A stretch of 64,000 bases of DNA from assembly GCA_002269645.1 (NCBI GenBank), contig NIVC01000127.1:186001-250000 (forward strand), given 5' to 3'. Under the pieces are notes generated by a model. That model was not told where the DNA came from. It ran no database searches and saw only the letters and a list, made by a program, of their open reading frames with translations. A program made the position numbers and the translations under genes. Shown here piece after piece: positions 22,460 through 32,376 of this stretch (position 1 is its first letter; every line of letters starts with the position of its first letter). The DNA is from Macrostomum lignano (lineage: Eukaryota).

Positions 22460-23486
22460 GGAGAATTATTGCTTTTATCCCTCAAGCATAAGGAAAAGTA
22501 CATTGAGTTTGAACAGCAAATTGGGAAATTGTTGCTTTTATCCCTCAAGTATAAGGAAAAGTACTGAGTTGGACAGCAAAATGGGAAATCTTTGCTTTTA
22601 TCCCTCAAGCATAAGGAAAAGTACAGAGTTGGACAGCAAAATGGGAAAATTGTTGCTTTTATCCCTCAAGCATAAGGAAAAGTACATTGAGTTTGAACAG
22701 CAAATTGGGAAATTGTTGCTTTTATCCCTCAAGCATAAGGAAAAGTACATTGAGTTTGAACAGCAAATTGGGAAATTGTTGCTTTTATCCCTCAAGTATA
22801 AGGAAAAGTACTGAGTTGGACAGCAAAATGGGAAATCTTTGCTTTTATCCCTCAAGCATAAGGAAAAGTACAGAGTTGGACAGCAAAATGGGAAAATTGT
22901 TGCTTTTATCCCTCAAGCATAAGGAAAAGTACATTGAGTTTGAACAGCAAATTGGGAAATTGTTGCTTTTATCCCTCAAGCATAAGGAAAAGTACAGAGT
23001 TGGACAGCAAAATGGGAAAATTGTTGCTTTTATCCCTCAAGCATAAGGAAAAGTATAGAGTTGGACAGCAAAATGGGAAAATTGTTGCTTTTATCCCTCA
23101 AGCATAAGGAAAAGTACAGAGTTGGACAGCAAATGGGAAAATTGTTGCTTTTATCCCTCAAGCATAAGGAAAGGTACAGAGTTGGATAGCAAAATGGGAA
23201 AATTGTTGCTTTTATCCCTCAAGCATAAGGAAAAGTACAGAGTTGGACAGCAAAATGGGAAAATTGTTGCTTTTATCCCTCAAGCATAAGGAAAAGTACA
23301 GAGTTGAACAGCAAAATGGGAAAATTGTTGCTTTTATCCCTCAAGCATAAGGAAAAGTACATTGAGTTTGAACAGCAAATGGGAAAATTGTTGCTTTTAT
23401 CCCTCAAGCAAAACGAAAAGTACAGAGTTGAACAGCAAAATGGGAAAATTGTTGCTTTTATCCCTCAAGCATAAGGAAAAGTACAT
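22460..23486. repeat. Minisatellite, 60-62 bp unit, ~17 copies
   Basis: CCTCAAGCATAAGGAAAAGTACAGAGTTGGACAGCAAAATGGGAAAATTGTTGCTTTTATC repeated, with two alternating variants. Confidence 0.97.
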
Positions 23487-23701
23487 CGAAATTGAAATTT
23501 GAGGCCTGATTTTATCTGGAAAACATAAGGAAAATGAGAATTTAAATGGAAAAACTAAAATCAGCTTTCAGCACAAAGCAGGTGCAGAAAAAGCTTACAG
23601 AAAAATTAAAATTGGATGCATTAGCAAATTGGACTACTACTAGTAATGGGCATCAAAAGTTAGCAACTTGGCGCAATAACAAATTCTTTGGTAAATACCT
23701 T

Positions 23702-25477
23702 TTAGATCTCGAGCTCCATGCCAATGTCAGGCAGATCCGGGTCGCCTTCAGGCAGCACTTCCGGATGGCGGAGACTGGGCTCGAACAATTGGCTGCCGCG
23801 CAGGTCAGGCTGAGCTGCGGCTGGCTGTTCTGGAGCGGGCTGATCGGCTGTGTCGACTTCGTCACTCAACTCGAAAGGCAGCATTGGCCGCTCAGTTTGG
23901 TGCGGCGGCTCCTGCAGTCGATCTGCCATCATCTGCGGCACCTTGATGATGTTATTGCGATGCACGAGTATTTCTGCTGGACGTCCACGTCGGGCTGTTG
24001 CAGGCTGGATCCAGTAGGCTAATTCGCCGACCTTTCTGTTGACCTTGTACAAGCTTCTGTATGGCCGATGGAACTTCGGCAGCTCGCCCAGCTCAAGCTT
24101 CGGGTTAGCCAGGCAGACTAGGTCTCCGGGCTGCAGTTCCACGGGCTTGGGTCGGTTCTCGTAGTACTCTTCGCGACGTTGAATCTCAGCTCGCAATCGC
24201 TGTCGTACAATCCTTTCGGTCTCGGCCAGTCTGCGCTGATGCTTCGCGATGTACTCGGGGAGGTCCGGCGATATGTCCAGGCGGTCTAGGGTGTTATCGA
24301 TCGGATACTGGTAGGGCACTGCGTAGATGACGTAATGCGGCGAGAATCCCGTCGTACGGTTAACAGCTGATCTCAGAGCTGTCAGAGCGGCTGGCAGCAT
24401 CTTGTCCCACTGTTGATGATCTTCAAGGAGACAAGTGAGCACCTTTTTGATGTTTTTGTTGCACGATTCAGCTTGACCGTTGGCCCAGGGCGAGTATGGC
24501 GGCGTCGTTGTCTGCCGGATGCCATAGACTTCGCAGAAATGTCGAAACTCGTGCCCTGTGAACTGTTTGCCATGGTCCGAATGGATCCACGCGGGGATTC
24601 CGGTGATCGGGAAGACTTGTTCTTGCAGGAGAGTTATGATCGTCTTGGCGCGCTGATTTTTCATGGCGAAGGCAAATGGGTATTTCGACGTGGTGTCGAC
24701 GTAGGTCAGGATGTACTTATTGCCTCGGTCTGTCGGGTCTCCAGTGGGGCCCATGATGTCGATCGCGCATCGCCCATAGATTTCGCAGACCGGAAACGAT
24801 TGTACATGCGCTGGGATGCGTTGCCGTCCTTTGCTCTGAGTGCAGGTCTGGCAGGAAGCGACATAGTCGGACACGGCCTTGGCCAGGGCCGGTCGCCAGA
24901 ACCTCTCGCGCACCTTCGCGATGGTGAGATCTCGGCCCATGTGTCCGCAGTAGGGTGAACCATGCAGGTCGGCGAACACCGTGGCGTCGAGACTCTTCGG
25001 CAGGACAATCCTCGCTTTGTCCTCTTCGCCATTATCGTCGAGATGGATGACTAATAGTCCGTCGTCTCGGACTTCCAATTGCTCGTAGAATGCTAGGAGA
25101 TTTCGCTCATCTCTTGTTAGATTTAAACGCTGATTTAGCGGCGGCTTTGGTTGTCGACTTTCAATTAAGTTGATCATCATCGCGATGGCAGAGTCAGCTC
25201 GCTGATGAGTCTGGAGCTCCTCACGGGTGACTGGCCTCGGGATGTGATCAGTTAGATTCAATTTTTGGCGTCGATTAGTCGAATTAGTCGGCGCGGCTTC
25301 GGCTGTAGCGGCATGGTTCGGGGTCTGGAGCTCCCTCCGCACGATCGCTACTCTGGCCGGTTGCCGGGCTGTTGAATTGAAGGGCCGATCCTCGTCGGAA
25401 TTGGACTCGTCAGCAGATGAGGGCGAGTCAGCAGAACTGTCGGCGTCGATGCTGAATCTCACTCGTTTCTTGAACAC
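23702..25477 (-). CDS. Gypsy integrase ORF (HHCC zinc finger, rve DDE core, GPY/F-like region)
   Basis: H-GSPYCG-H...CQTC; AIDIMGP; SDHGKQF...ANGQAE with exact D-35-E spacing; KFHRPYRSLYKV. The ORF-track start is not a natural ATG start. Confidence 0.92.
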   Translation of the reverse strand: MFKKRVRFSIDADSSADSPSSADESNSDEDRPFNSTARQPARVAIVRRELQTPNHAATAEAAPTNSTNRRQKLNLTDHIPRPVTREELQTHQRADSAIAMMINLIESRQPKPPLNQRLNLTRDERNLLAFYEQLEVRDDGLLVIHLDDNGEEDKARIVLPKSLDATVFADLHGSPYCGHMGRDLTIAKVRERFWRPALAKAVSDYVASCQTCTQSKGRQRIPAHVQSFPVCEIYGRCAIDIMGPTGDPTDRGNKYILTYVDTTSKYPFAFAMKNQRAKTIITLLQEQVFPITGIPAWIHSDHGKQFTGHEFRHFCEVYGIRQTTTPPYSPWANGQAESCNKNIKKVLTCLLEDHQQWDKMLPAALTALRSAVNRTTGFSPHYVIYAVPYQYPIDNTLDRLDISPDLPEYIAKHQRRLAETERIVRQRLRAEIQRREEYYENRPKPVELQPGDLVCLANPKLELGELPKFHRPYRSLYKVNRKVGELAYWIQPATARRGRPAEILVHRNNIIKVPQMMADRLQEPPHQTERPMLPFELSDEVDTADQPAPEQPAAAQPDLRGSQLFEPSLRHPEVLPEGDPDLPDIGMELEI

Positions 25478-25739
25478 CGGACTGCGAGCGGGTTGGCAGC
25501 GGTCGTCATTGGCTGCGCTGTGGTCGCTGTCCTCGCCGCCTTCAGCTAGTAGACGGCGGCTCCTTGATGGGCAACGTGTCGTGCTACTAAAACTGGTGGG
25601 CGACCTCTGTGAGTCTCGAAAACGGCTGGCTGATGGCCTCGGCTTCGTCGCCGGCGGGTGCAGCGCTGTCAGCGGCTTGCTGTCGGCTGTCGAGGTTGCT
25701 GGCGGCGTAGCCTCGCAGCCTGCTTCTGAACCGGGGTAA

Positions 25740-26307
25740 AATGCGGAAATGCTCTATCAGCCAGAGCAATTAGTCGATCGCCATAGTCATCAACGCTCTC
25801 GTTCTTGCCTTGCTAGAAGCTTCGGAACTGCTCCCGGTACTCCAGCGTGTCGGCCACATGCGTAAAGCGTTCAGACAGTTATTGTTTGAACTCACCAAAC
25901 ATCAGATTGTCTGGCAGCTCCATCCTGACAACCGCGGGATAGGTTGTGGCGATGTCCAGGTTCACTAGGACCTCCACCTTCTTGCGTCTATCGTCTGTGA
26001 TCCCGTTGAGCTTGCAACGCTCTTCCAGAGCCTGGATCCAGAGGTCGAATTCCTGGTTCTGCGTATACCGCTGAATCTTGACCGGTTTCGGCGCTGGAGC
26101 TCCATCCTGCTGCTGGGGCTGCTGGTACACATGATGATGGTGTTGCGGCTAGCCCAGGCTGGTCTGCTCCAATCGCCGGTGCACATCTTTGGTCACCGCG
26201 CGAATCATCTCGTCATAGGTCGGTCTTGTCGTTGAGTTGTCAGGGCCTGCGGCGTCGGCTGTTGCTGTTGCGTCTGCGACTGTTGAATTAGTAGTAGTTG
26301 AAGCCAT
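25740..26307 (-). pseudogene. Gypsy gag (capsid) with in-frame stops
   Basis: ATG at 26307 (MASTTTNS...), FDLWIQALEERC, FRSF*QGKNESVDDYGDRLIALADRAFP (Ty3/Gypsy major-homology-region-like). Confidence 0.8.
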
Positions 26308-26353
26308 AGTATAACGTTTGAACGACTCGTTGAAGGGGTTTTGGCGTTTCGTA

Positions 26354-26373
26354 ATCCCACTTAGCTGACACCA
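26354..26373 (-). promoter_or_regulatory. Primer-binding site, tRNA-Leu(CAA)-like
   Basis: TGGTGTCAGCTAAGTGGGAT one base after the LTR end; resembles the complement of the tRNA-Leu 3' end ATCCCACTTCTGACACCA, with a small insertion. Confidence 0.75.
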
Positions 26374-26374
26374 G

Positions 26375-26618
26375 TGAGGTGGGGGCAGAGAAAGAAAATA
26401 AATTTTTTTAAAATTCTCCTGTTTTACTCCGACAGCTGGGGTCCTCAAGTTCCGGGGGGAGGGTAGTCGTAATCGTAGCGGAGCAGTCATGTAGCGGCGA
26501 GGTCGTTCAAATCGATGAAACACCGTAGTCAGAGATTCCTAACTCCATAAAATAATGCGTCGAATAGCTGAGTTTGTTACTTTCAGTAGGGTAATTGCTG
26601 CCACCACCGTAATTTACA
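26375..26618 (-). repeat. 5' LTR of the Gypsy element (244 bp)
   Basis: Minus strand begins TGTAAATTACGG and ends CCCACCTCA immediately before the PBS; no second copy in the window. Confidence 0.65.
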
Positions 26619-26707
26619 TATTACGGAACGGATAAGTCTCAGAGCTATCTTTGAGATGAGAACTTGGTTATTTTATGCCCCACGGGCAAATGACTCAAGA
26701 AATACTA

Positions 26708-27304
26708 TGGCTGAACGTTAACAAATGAAATTAAAGGCTAATTAATTATGCCGGTTATTATTGCGTTCAGTTTGAGTTAAATAGCAGGCAAGCATGGGAT
26801 AAAGATAATATATTACTAATGCACAAGATGGATTTGTTTGCTGCAGCGCCGGTGCGCTAGGTCGAACTTACTAAATGAAACTATTAATTAATAAAACAAC
26901 TATTAAAAGGGAAGTGGTCATAGTGGTGGAGGAAGGGCAGAGGAAGGGTGGTAGGCGGGTTGGCAGGGAAATCTTTGAAGAAAACAGGGCACAAAAGCGG
27001 CATAAATAATCAAAAGGGGACGCTGACAAGCACTGGAAACAGACGTTGGGCAACAAAATTCACGGGATAGAATAGGCTCAAATACGTTGGGACACCACGC
27101 GGATAAACAAAATTCAACATAGGGAACGACAAAAAACAGTGAAGGGACGCAACCAGGCCACGGAAGGAAAGGGGAGCTGGGCAAACGATGGACAAAAATT
27201 GGGGTGAAAAGACAGCGGATGGGACGGTATATTATAGTTTTGAATGTGCTTCATATTATTAAAATTAGGTTCAGTCAATTACTTGTGGCATCCCGCCTGC
27301 CACA
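26708..27304. repeat. LTR-like direct repeat copy 2 (~597 bp)
   Basis: Homologous to 19953-20543. Confidence 0.85.
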
Positions 27305-29115
27305 AATGTTACAATTTTCTACTTTTTATAGAATTTTTTTAATTTTTACTTTTGTGCCTTAGGCTTATTTAGTTTTCACTTTTTATTCTTATTTTCTTTG
27401 TGATCTTAGCTAGTAGGATTATCTTTTGCAAAATCCAATATTTCAAGCACACTTTTGCATATATTAAGAATTAGCAATTTTGTCTGAAATTCTGCTACAC
27501 ATTTTTTCCGGATTTTTTGACGCAAAATCGCATTTTTTTGCACAATCGCATAATGCGTTGTGATTTTTCTGCAAGAATTCCATCCAGGCTAGGGCCTAAG
27601 TAAATTTGTTCTTTTCCTTATTTACTTTTTTAAGCCTAGCCCTAGCTATCCCAATTGTCAATGATCCTATCATAAGTATAAAGACATTAACCCATTCTAT
27701 AAAACTTTTTTAAGTCACATTGTATGATCTAACTTATGCATAAAAGTTAAAAACCATCTTGATTCTCAAAATGTTTTAAGTACATTCAGTGAAACTTTTG
27801 TAGATGCATTGTAACTTACAAAGTAACTACAATCAATCAAACTTGAGTTTGAGAATTCAGGCTTGACTTTTCCTGTGCCTTGTTGGAACTGTTTTTTTTT
27901 AAACTTATTTGTAAAGATTCACATTGTACTTATAAATTAAAATTAGACAAATTCCTCTTTATTTATCAATAGGCCTAGTATAAGCAATATAAGTTTTAAC
28001 CCATGGCAATTTTGTCATTGGTTAATTTTACTATTCTTTTTAACTACACTAAAAAACATAATACATATGCCTTATTTATATGCATAAGCCTATGCAAATA
28101 AGGCCTAGGCCCTAGCATATTGCTTAATTATATTCCCTATTGGAATAAGTATAGAAAACCTATGGATATATGACATGACCATAAAGTCTAAAATTATAGT
28201 TTAAAAATGTGATGCAACATAGAATGTTAACTTTCACATTGAATATAGGCATAGTACTAATTAGATGATAAGGCATTTAGCCCTAATAAGATAGTCATAA
28301 TTACTTTTGGCATTTACACAAAAACTATATTGCGCTATTGCTTGTAACACCACATCTGCCTTGACTTTAGCTACAATGCAACACTGGAAATTCCAAAATT
28401 GCAATAGATAGTTGGATGCCTTTTTTGTCCACTTATTCTAATAAGGATTTCATCTTAATCTTAATATTATTTTGACATATCATATATTATTTAAATTGAG
28501 CTATTGACTATTCTTATTACTTTATTATTTTCAATCATTTGTCTTTATTTCTCCTCTAACTAGATAGCTATAGGGCCTACAATGGATTGCCTCCTATTTT
28601 AGCTTGTTCTTTATGGATGCTAGCTACTTTGTGCTTCAGTTGACTTTTGAAGTTAGACCACTACTTTTAGCATTTCTCTTTAGAACATTCTAGTCTATTG
28701 ACTATATTTATGATATTGTCAATTTGCAGCTATCTGCATTTTTTTGTATAAATTTGCTTTGACAATATTTGTGGGGCTCTCCAGTTAATTTCTCCACTCA
28801 GTCATTATTTCTTATAGTGTCTCAAGTTCTGCTATAGACCAGTTTGCTGAGCATTTTTGCGCTACATTAGAATTCATTGGATTTCAATTATTTGGCAATT
28901 TCACCCATATCAGTGCCTTTAATGCTGTTTTATCAGTGTCCAGAGTTGTGACTAAAGTTTGCCTTTTGCTTCAGGACATGGTACCCATTTTTTGAAATTT
29001 CTAGAATGCTAGGTGCTTCAAGCCATAGACTGCATGCATATCTGTATCTGGCACCCTAACAATGATAGTGGAATCTTTATTAATAGAAAGAGATATCACT
29101 TATAAATGTTCAGTT

Positions 29116-29350
29116 GCTGAGAGTTGCTGAGATGCCATGGCTCAATGGGGGATTCGCTGAGATGCCATGGCTCAAGGGGAGTTGCTGAGATGCCATGGCT
29201 CAACGGGGGATTCGCTGAGATGCCATGGCTCAACGGGGGATTCGCTGAGATGCCATGGCTCAATGGGGGATTCGCTGAGATGCCATGGCTCAATGGGGGA
29301 TTCGCTGAGATGCCATGGCTCAATGGGGGATTCGCTGAGATGCCATGGCA
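29116..29350. repeat. Minisatellite, 30-bp unit, ~7.5 copies
   Basis: GCTGAGATGCCATGGCTCAATGGGGGATTC repeated. Confidence 0.95.
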
Positions 29351-29526
29351 ACTGTTCGAATTAAAGTGAAAAGAAATTGCTTCTTTTATTGAGTAGAGTA
29401 GGCCTATAAATGTCTTTTTGGATTTAAGAAAGTTGTAATGCAGTTGATCTAAGCATATATGCAGTAAAAAAATCTTGTTGCTAGTGTGTTTGCAAGCAAT
29501 CCAATCCAAACTGCCACATCTTGCAG

Positions 29527-30696
29527 ACTGACCAACCGCCACCCAGTCCGCCCTCATCGGGTGTCGGCAGCGGCGACCTCCAGCGTCGACCAGCCGGTAG
29601 CTCCGACAGTTTCCAGCATCCGTTTTTACCGCCGCAGCCGCCAGCTGCAGGGCTGGCCAGCGGCGGCATCGGCGGCTCTTCCGACCCCCTGCTGGGCCCC
29701 CTGCCGCCTCCCGTGCCGCCGCGGTCTGCCTCCGCCGCCAGTCCCGCCCTAGCAACCGGCTACTCGCCATTCGGCTATGGCGGCTTTGGCGCCGCCTCGG
29801 CCATGCCTTTCCTGCACGGTGGCTTCGGCGGTCTTGGCGGCGGCGGCGGCTTCGGCGGTCTTGGCGGCGGCGGCGGCGTCGGCGGTCTCGCTGGAGCGGC
29901 TGGCGGCGTCGGCCTGACCCAGCAGATGGAGGCCAGCCTCCGGCCGGCCTTCGAATCGCTGCACGCGGTCGTGTCCACCGTGTCTTCGGTGGCCGTCATG
30001 CTGGAGAGCTGCTACTTTGCCCTCAGCCAGTCTGTGCGCGCCCTGGCCGCGCTGGGCGACCAGTTTGGCCGGGCCGGCGCCGCTGTGCGCGCCCTGCTTG
30101 GTAGCGGCGTGCGGCGCCTATGGCGCCTCATCAGCTTGGCGCTGTACGCGGCCGGCCTGACGGAGCGTCTGCCCGCGGCTCCGATCGCCTCGTCGGCCGG
30201 CGCCGCCGCCTCTCCCTCCGTTGCTGCCGCCGGACAGTCTGCAGGCGGCAGCGTCGGCGGCGCCAGCGGCAGCGGCGGCCGGACTCTGCTGTTCCTGGCC
30301 GCGGCCATGGCCGGCCCGCTGCTGCTGCTCCGCTTGGCCGCTGGCGCCAGCAGCCAGACATTGGCGGCGGCGGCTTTGGCCAACAACAATGACCCGTCGA
30401 CTGCGTGGAGTCGCGGCGAAGGCGAGCACTACACGGCCAGGGCGCTGTACAGCTTCAACAGGACCGTCGCTGACGAGCTGACTGTTCAGGCCGGTGACCG
30501 ATTGCTGGTGGCGCCGAAGCGGCTGCAGCCGGACGTGCCAAACTGGCTGCTGGCCGCCTGCCCGGCTACCCGCGCCTCCGGCCTGGTGCCCGCCGCCTAC
30601 GTCAAGGTGCTGTCCGCTGTGCGGCCTGCGCCGCCGCCGCCGCCTCAGTCGAAGCCACCCTCAGATTGCGAAGACAAGGACGCCAAGATTGTGTAG
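29527..30696 (+). CDS. PEX13: Peroxisomal membrane protein PEX13 (Peroxin-13 N domain plus C-terminal SH3); initiator ATG not present in this exon
   Basis: Pro-rich N-terminus, YSPFGYGG, FESLHAVVSTVSSVAVMLESCYFAL...ALGDQF (Peroxin-13_N), SH3 ARALYSF...ELTVQAGD...WLLA...GLVPAAYV. Exon starts after TTGCAG at 29521-29526. Confidence 0.92.
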   Translation, partial: TDQPPPSPPSSGVGSGDLQRRPAGSSDSFQHPFLPPQPPAAGLASGGIGGSSDPLLGPLPPPVPPRSASAASPALATGYSPFGYGGFGAASAMPFLHGGFGGLGGGGGFGGLGGGGGVGGLAGAAGGVGLTQQMEASLRPAFESLHAVVSTVSSVAVMLESCYFALSQSVRALAALGDQFGRAGAAVRALLGSGVRRLWRLISLALYAAGLTERLPAAPIASSAGAAASPSVAAAGQSAGGSVGGASGSGGRTLLFLAAAMAGPLLLLRLAAGASSQTLAAAALANNNDPSTAWSRGEGEHYTARALYSFNRTVADELTVQAGDRLLVAPKRLQPDVPNWLLAACPATRASGLVPAAYVKVLSAVRPAPPPPPQSKPPSDCEDKDAKIV

Positions 30697-30994
30697 ATTC
30701 TCCCTAATGACTCTTCCCCTTTTGATTCTCTTCTCTGTTTGATTCCCCAATATTTTCTTCTATAATTTATTTATTATAGTCTCCCGCTGATCAATACTGA
30801 TAATGGATCTTCAAAGTTTTGTTAAACCTTTCATATTCTAATCTTTAAGTCCACGAGATTGTGTAATTTTTATTTTCTATGATCTGTATGGCTCATGCCC
30901 GCTTTTATCATAATTCCATATCCGTCATTGCATGGCGCTTGCCTGAAGCATTATGATAACACGAGCTATGCGTGTTCCTGTCTATCGCTAGGTG

Positions 30995-31000
30995 AATAAA
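30995..31000 (+). terminator. Candidate polyadenylation signal of PEX13
   Basis: AATAAA ~300 bp after the stop codon. Confidence 0.5.
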
Positions 31001-31589
31001 GTGAGACAAAAACCGTGTAATGCATTGGCATTGCTATTCGATTACTGAATATAGTAATCAAATATAACATTGAATATTCACTGTTGAGTTATTTTACTGC
31101 TCTAATGAGCTTAAAATCTTCTTGGAAAGTGTTTTGGATTCTGTTTTTAAAGTCAGTTTTTTACCTGTTATATGTACTGTAACGATATTTTAATATACAT
31201 GTATAAAACTATATACGCTGCTTTTGGAAAATATATTTATGAAAAAAATTACTTTACATTTACCTAAAGGTAGTAGATGCTACTCGCACGGCAGTCTTGT
31301 TTAAAAATGGAAAACTCCGATTTAAAATTCACATCCTGTTTTTTTACGAGCGTATTTTATAATTACGAGCTACTTCGAAAAACGTATGGAACTTCTCGGT
31401 GTTAAAAATCTCACCTTTATTAGACAAGCGGATTTAACGATATACTTGATGCATGATGGAGGATAATGATGGAGTGAAGATGGACTGTTTGAGAGACTAG
31501 CTGAGGATGTCCAGCAGTTGAAGTTTTGCTCACTATCGAGAGGCTTGATCAGCGAAACTCTAGAAATTTGCAACAGGGTGTCCATAGTC

Positions 31590-31812
31590 AGTAGTCACCT
31601 TGTGCCACAGTTATAGAAGGTTCAGAAGTTCCGTCAGGGTGAAGGCCAGTAACTATCGAAGTCCCAACGAAGTCAGCTGGTGCAGACGCGTGGTAGAATC
31701 TTTGAATATCTCGACGGTCCGGAGCGCTGACGACTTGATTCTTGTTTGAGAAGGTGCACATGTACACAAAGTTAGCCCCTGTTCTGGAATTCCAGCGCAG
31801 CAAAAATATATT
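31590..31812 (-). mobile_element. Possible Helitron Rep remnant
   Basis: Minus-strand YIFAALEFQNRG*LCVHVHLL resembles the Helitron HUH motif EFQKRGLPHAHIL; the rest is degraded. Confidence 0.4.
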
Positions 31813-32376
31813 AGTTCCTTGTTAATATTCTTATCAACGTAATATACGCTTAAAAGAAGAAAAATAATACTCGTCAAGCAAAAATTTAATCCAGAGGGCT
31901 TTTTAAAAAATAGAGTACGAGTATAACACTAAGCAGAGCTGATGTGACAAATCGTCACCATAGTCACTATTAAAAGTTATTATAAATTATTAAATTTAAT
32001 AATAATAATAATTAATATTATAAAAAATAAGAATTTATCATCATTGTTAATATTATTATTAATATTAATAATAATTTAATTTATTATTACACTTATTAAA
32101 TTCGATGGTCTTTTTACACTGCAATCAAGATACTTGTTTAAAAGTTCCCATTCCAAGTTTCAATTTAATTTTGTCTTTCAAGCGTTCATCAAGAGAAAAG
32201 TCAAGGCAATACTATTATTGCATTTATATAATTTATAGTTACAGAGTCGACGGGTTTTGTATTTTACGTTTTCGTAAAATTCCAAGGAGATATTTACAAA
32301 CAGTAGATTTAACGTGTAATTTTTCTTTATTTTCGACAGCTAGCTTTTTTATTTGAAATGCGTGTTCTGAGTAGAC

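Larger units (their letters stand above)
23702..26618 (-). mobile_element. Ty3/Gypsy LTR retrotransposon remnant: 5' LTR, PBS, gag, integrase; PR/RT/RNaseH and 3' LTR absent
   Basis: TG...CA LTR (26618-26375), PBS, gag with stop codons, then directly the integrase ORF. Confidence 0.9.

Noticed and set aside
19953-27304. Interpretation as one intact Gypsy element with the 595-bp repeats as its LTRs
   Set aside because: No PBS/PPT next to those repeats, no TSD, and the Gypsy has its own LTR and PBS at 26354-26618
29096-30742. Many short overlapping ORFs around PEX13
   Set aside because: GC/GGC-rich shadows of PEX13 or of the 30-bp repeat
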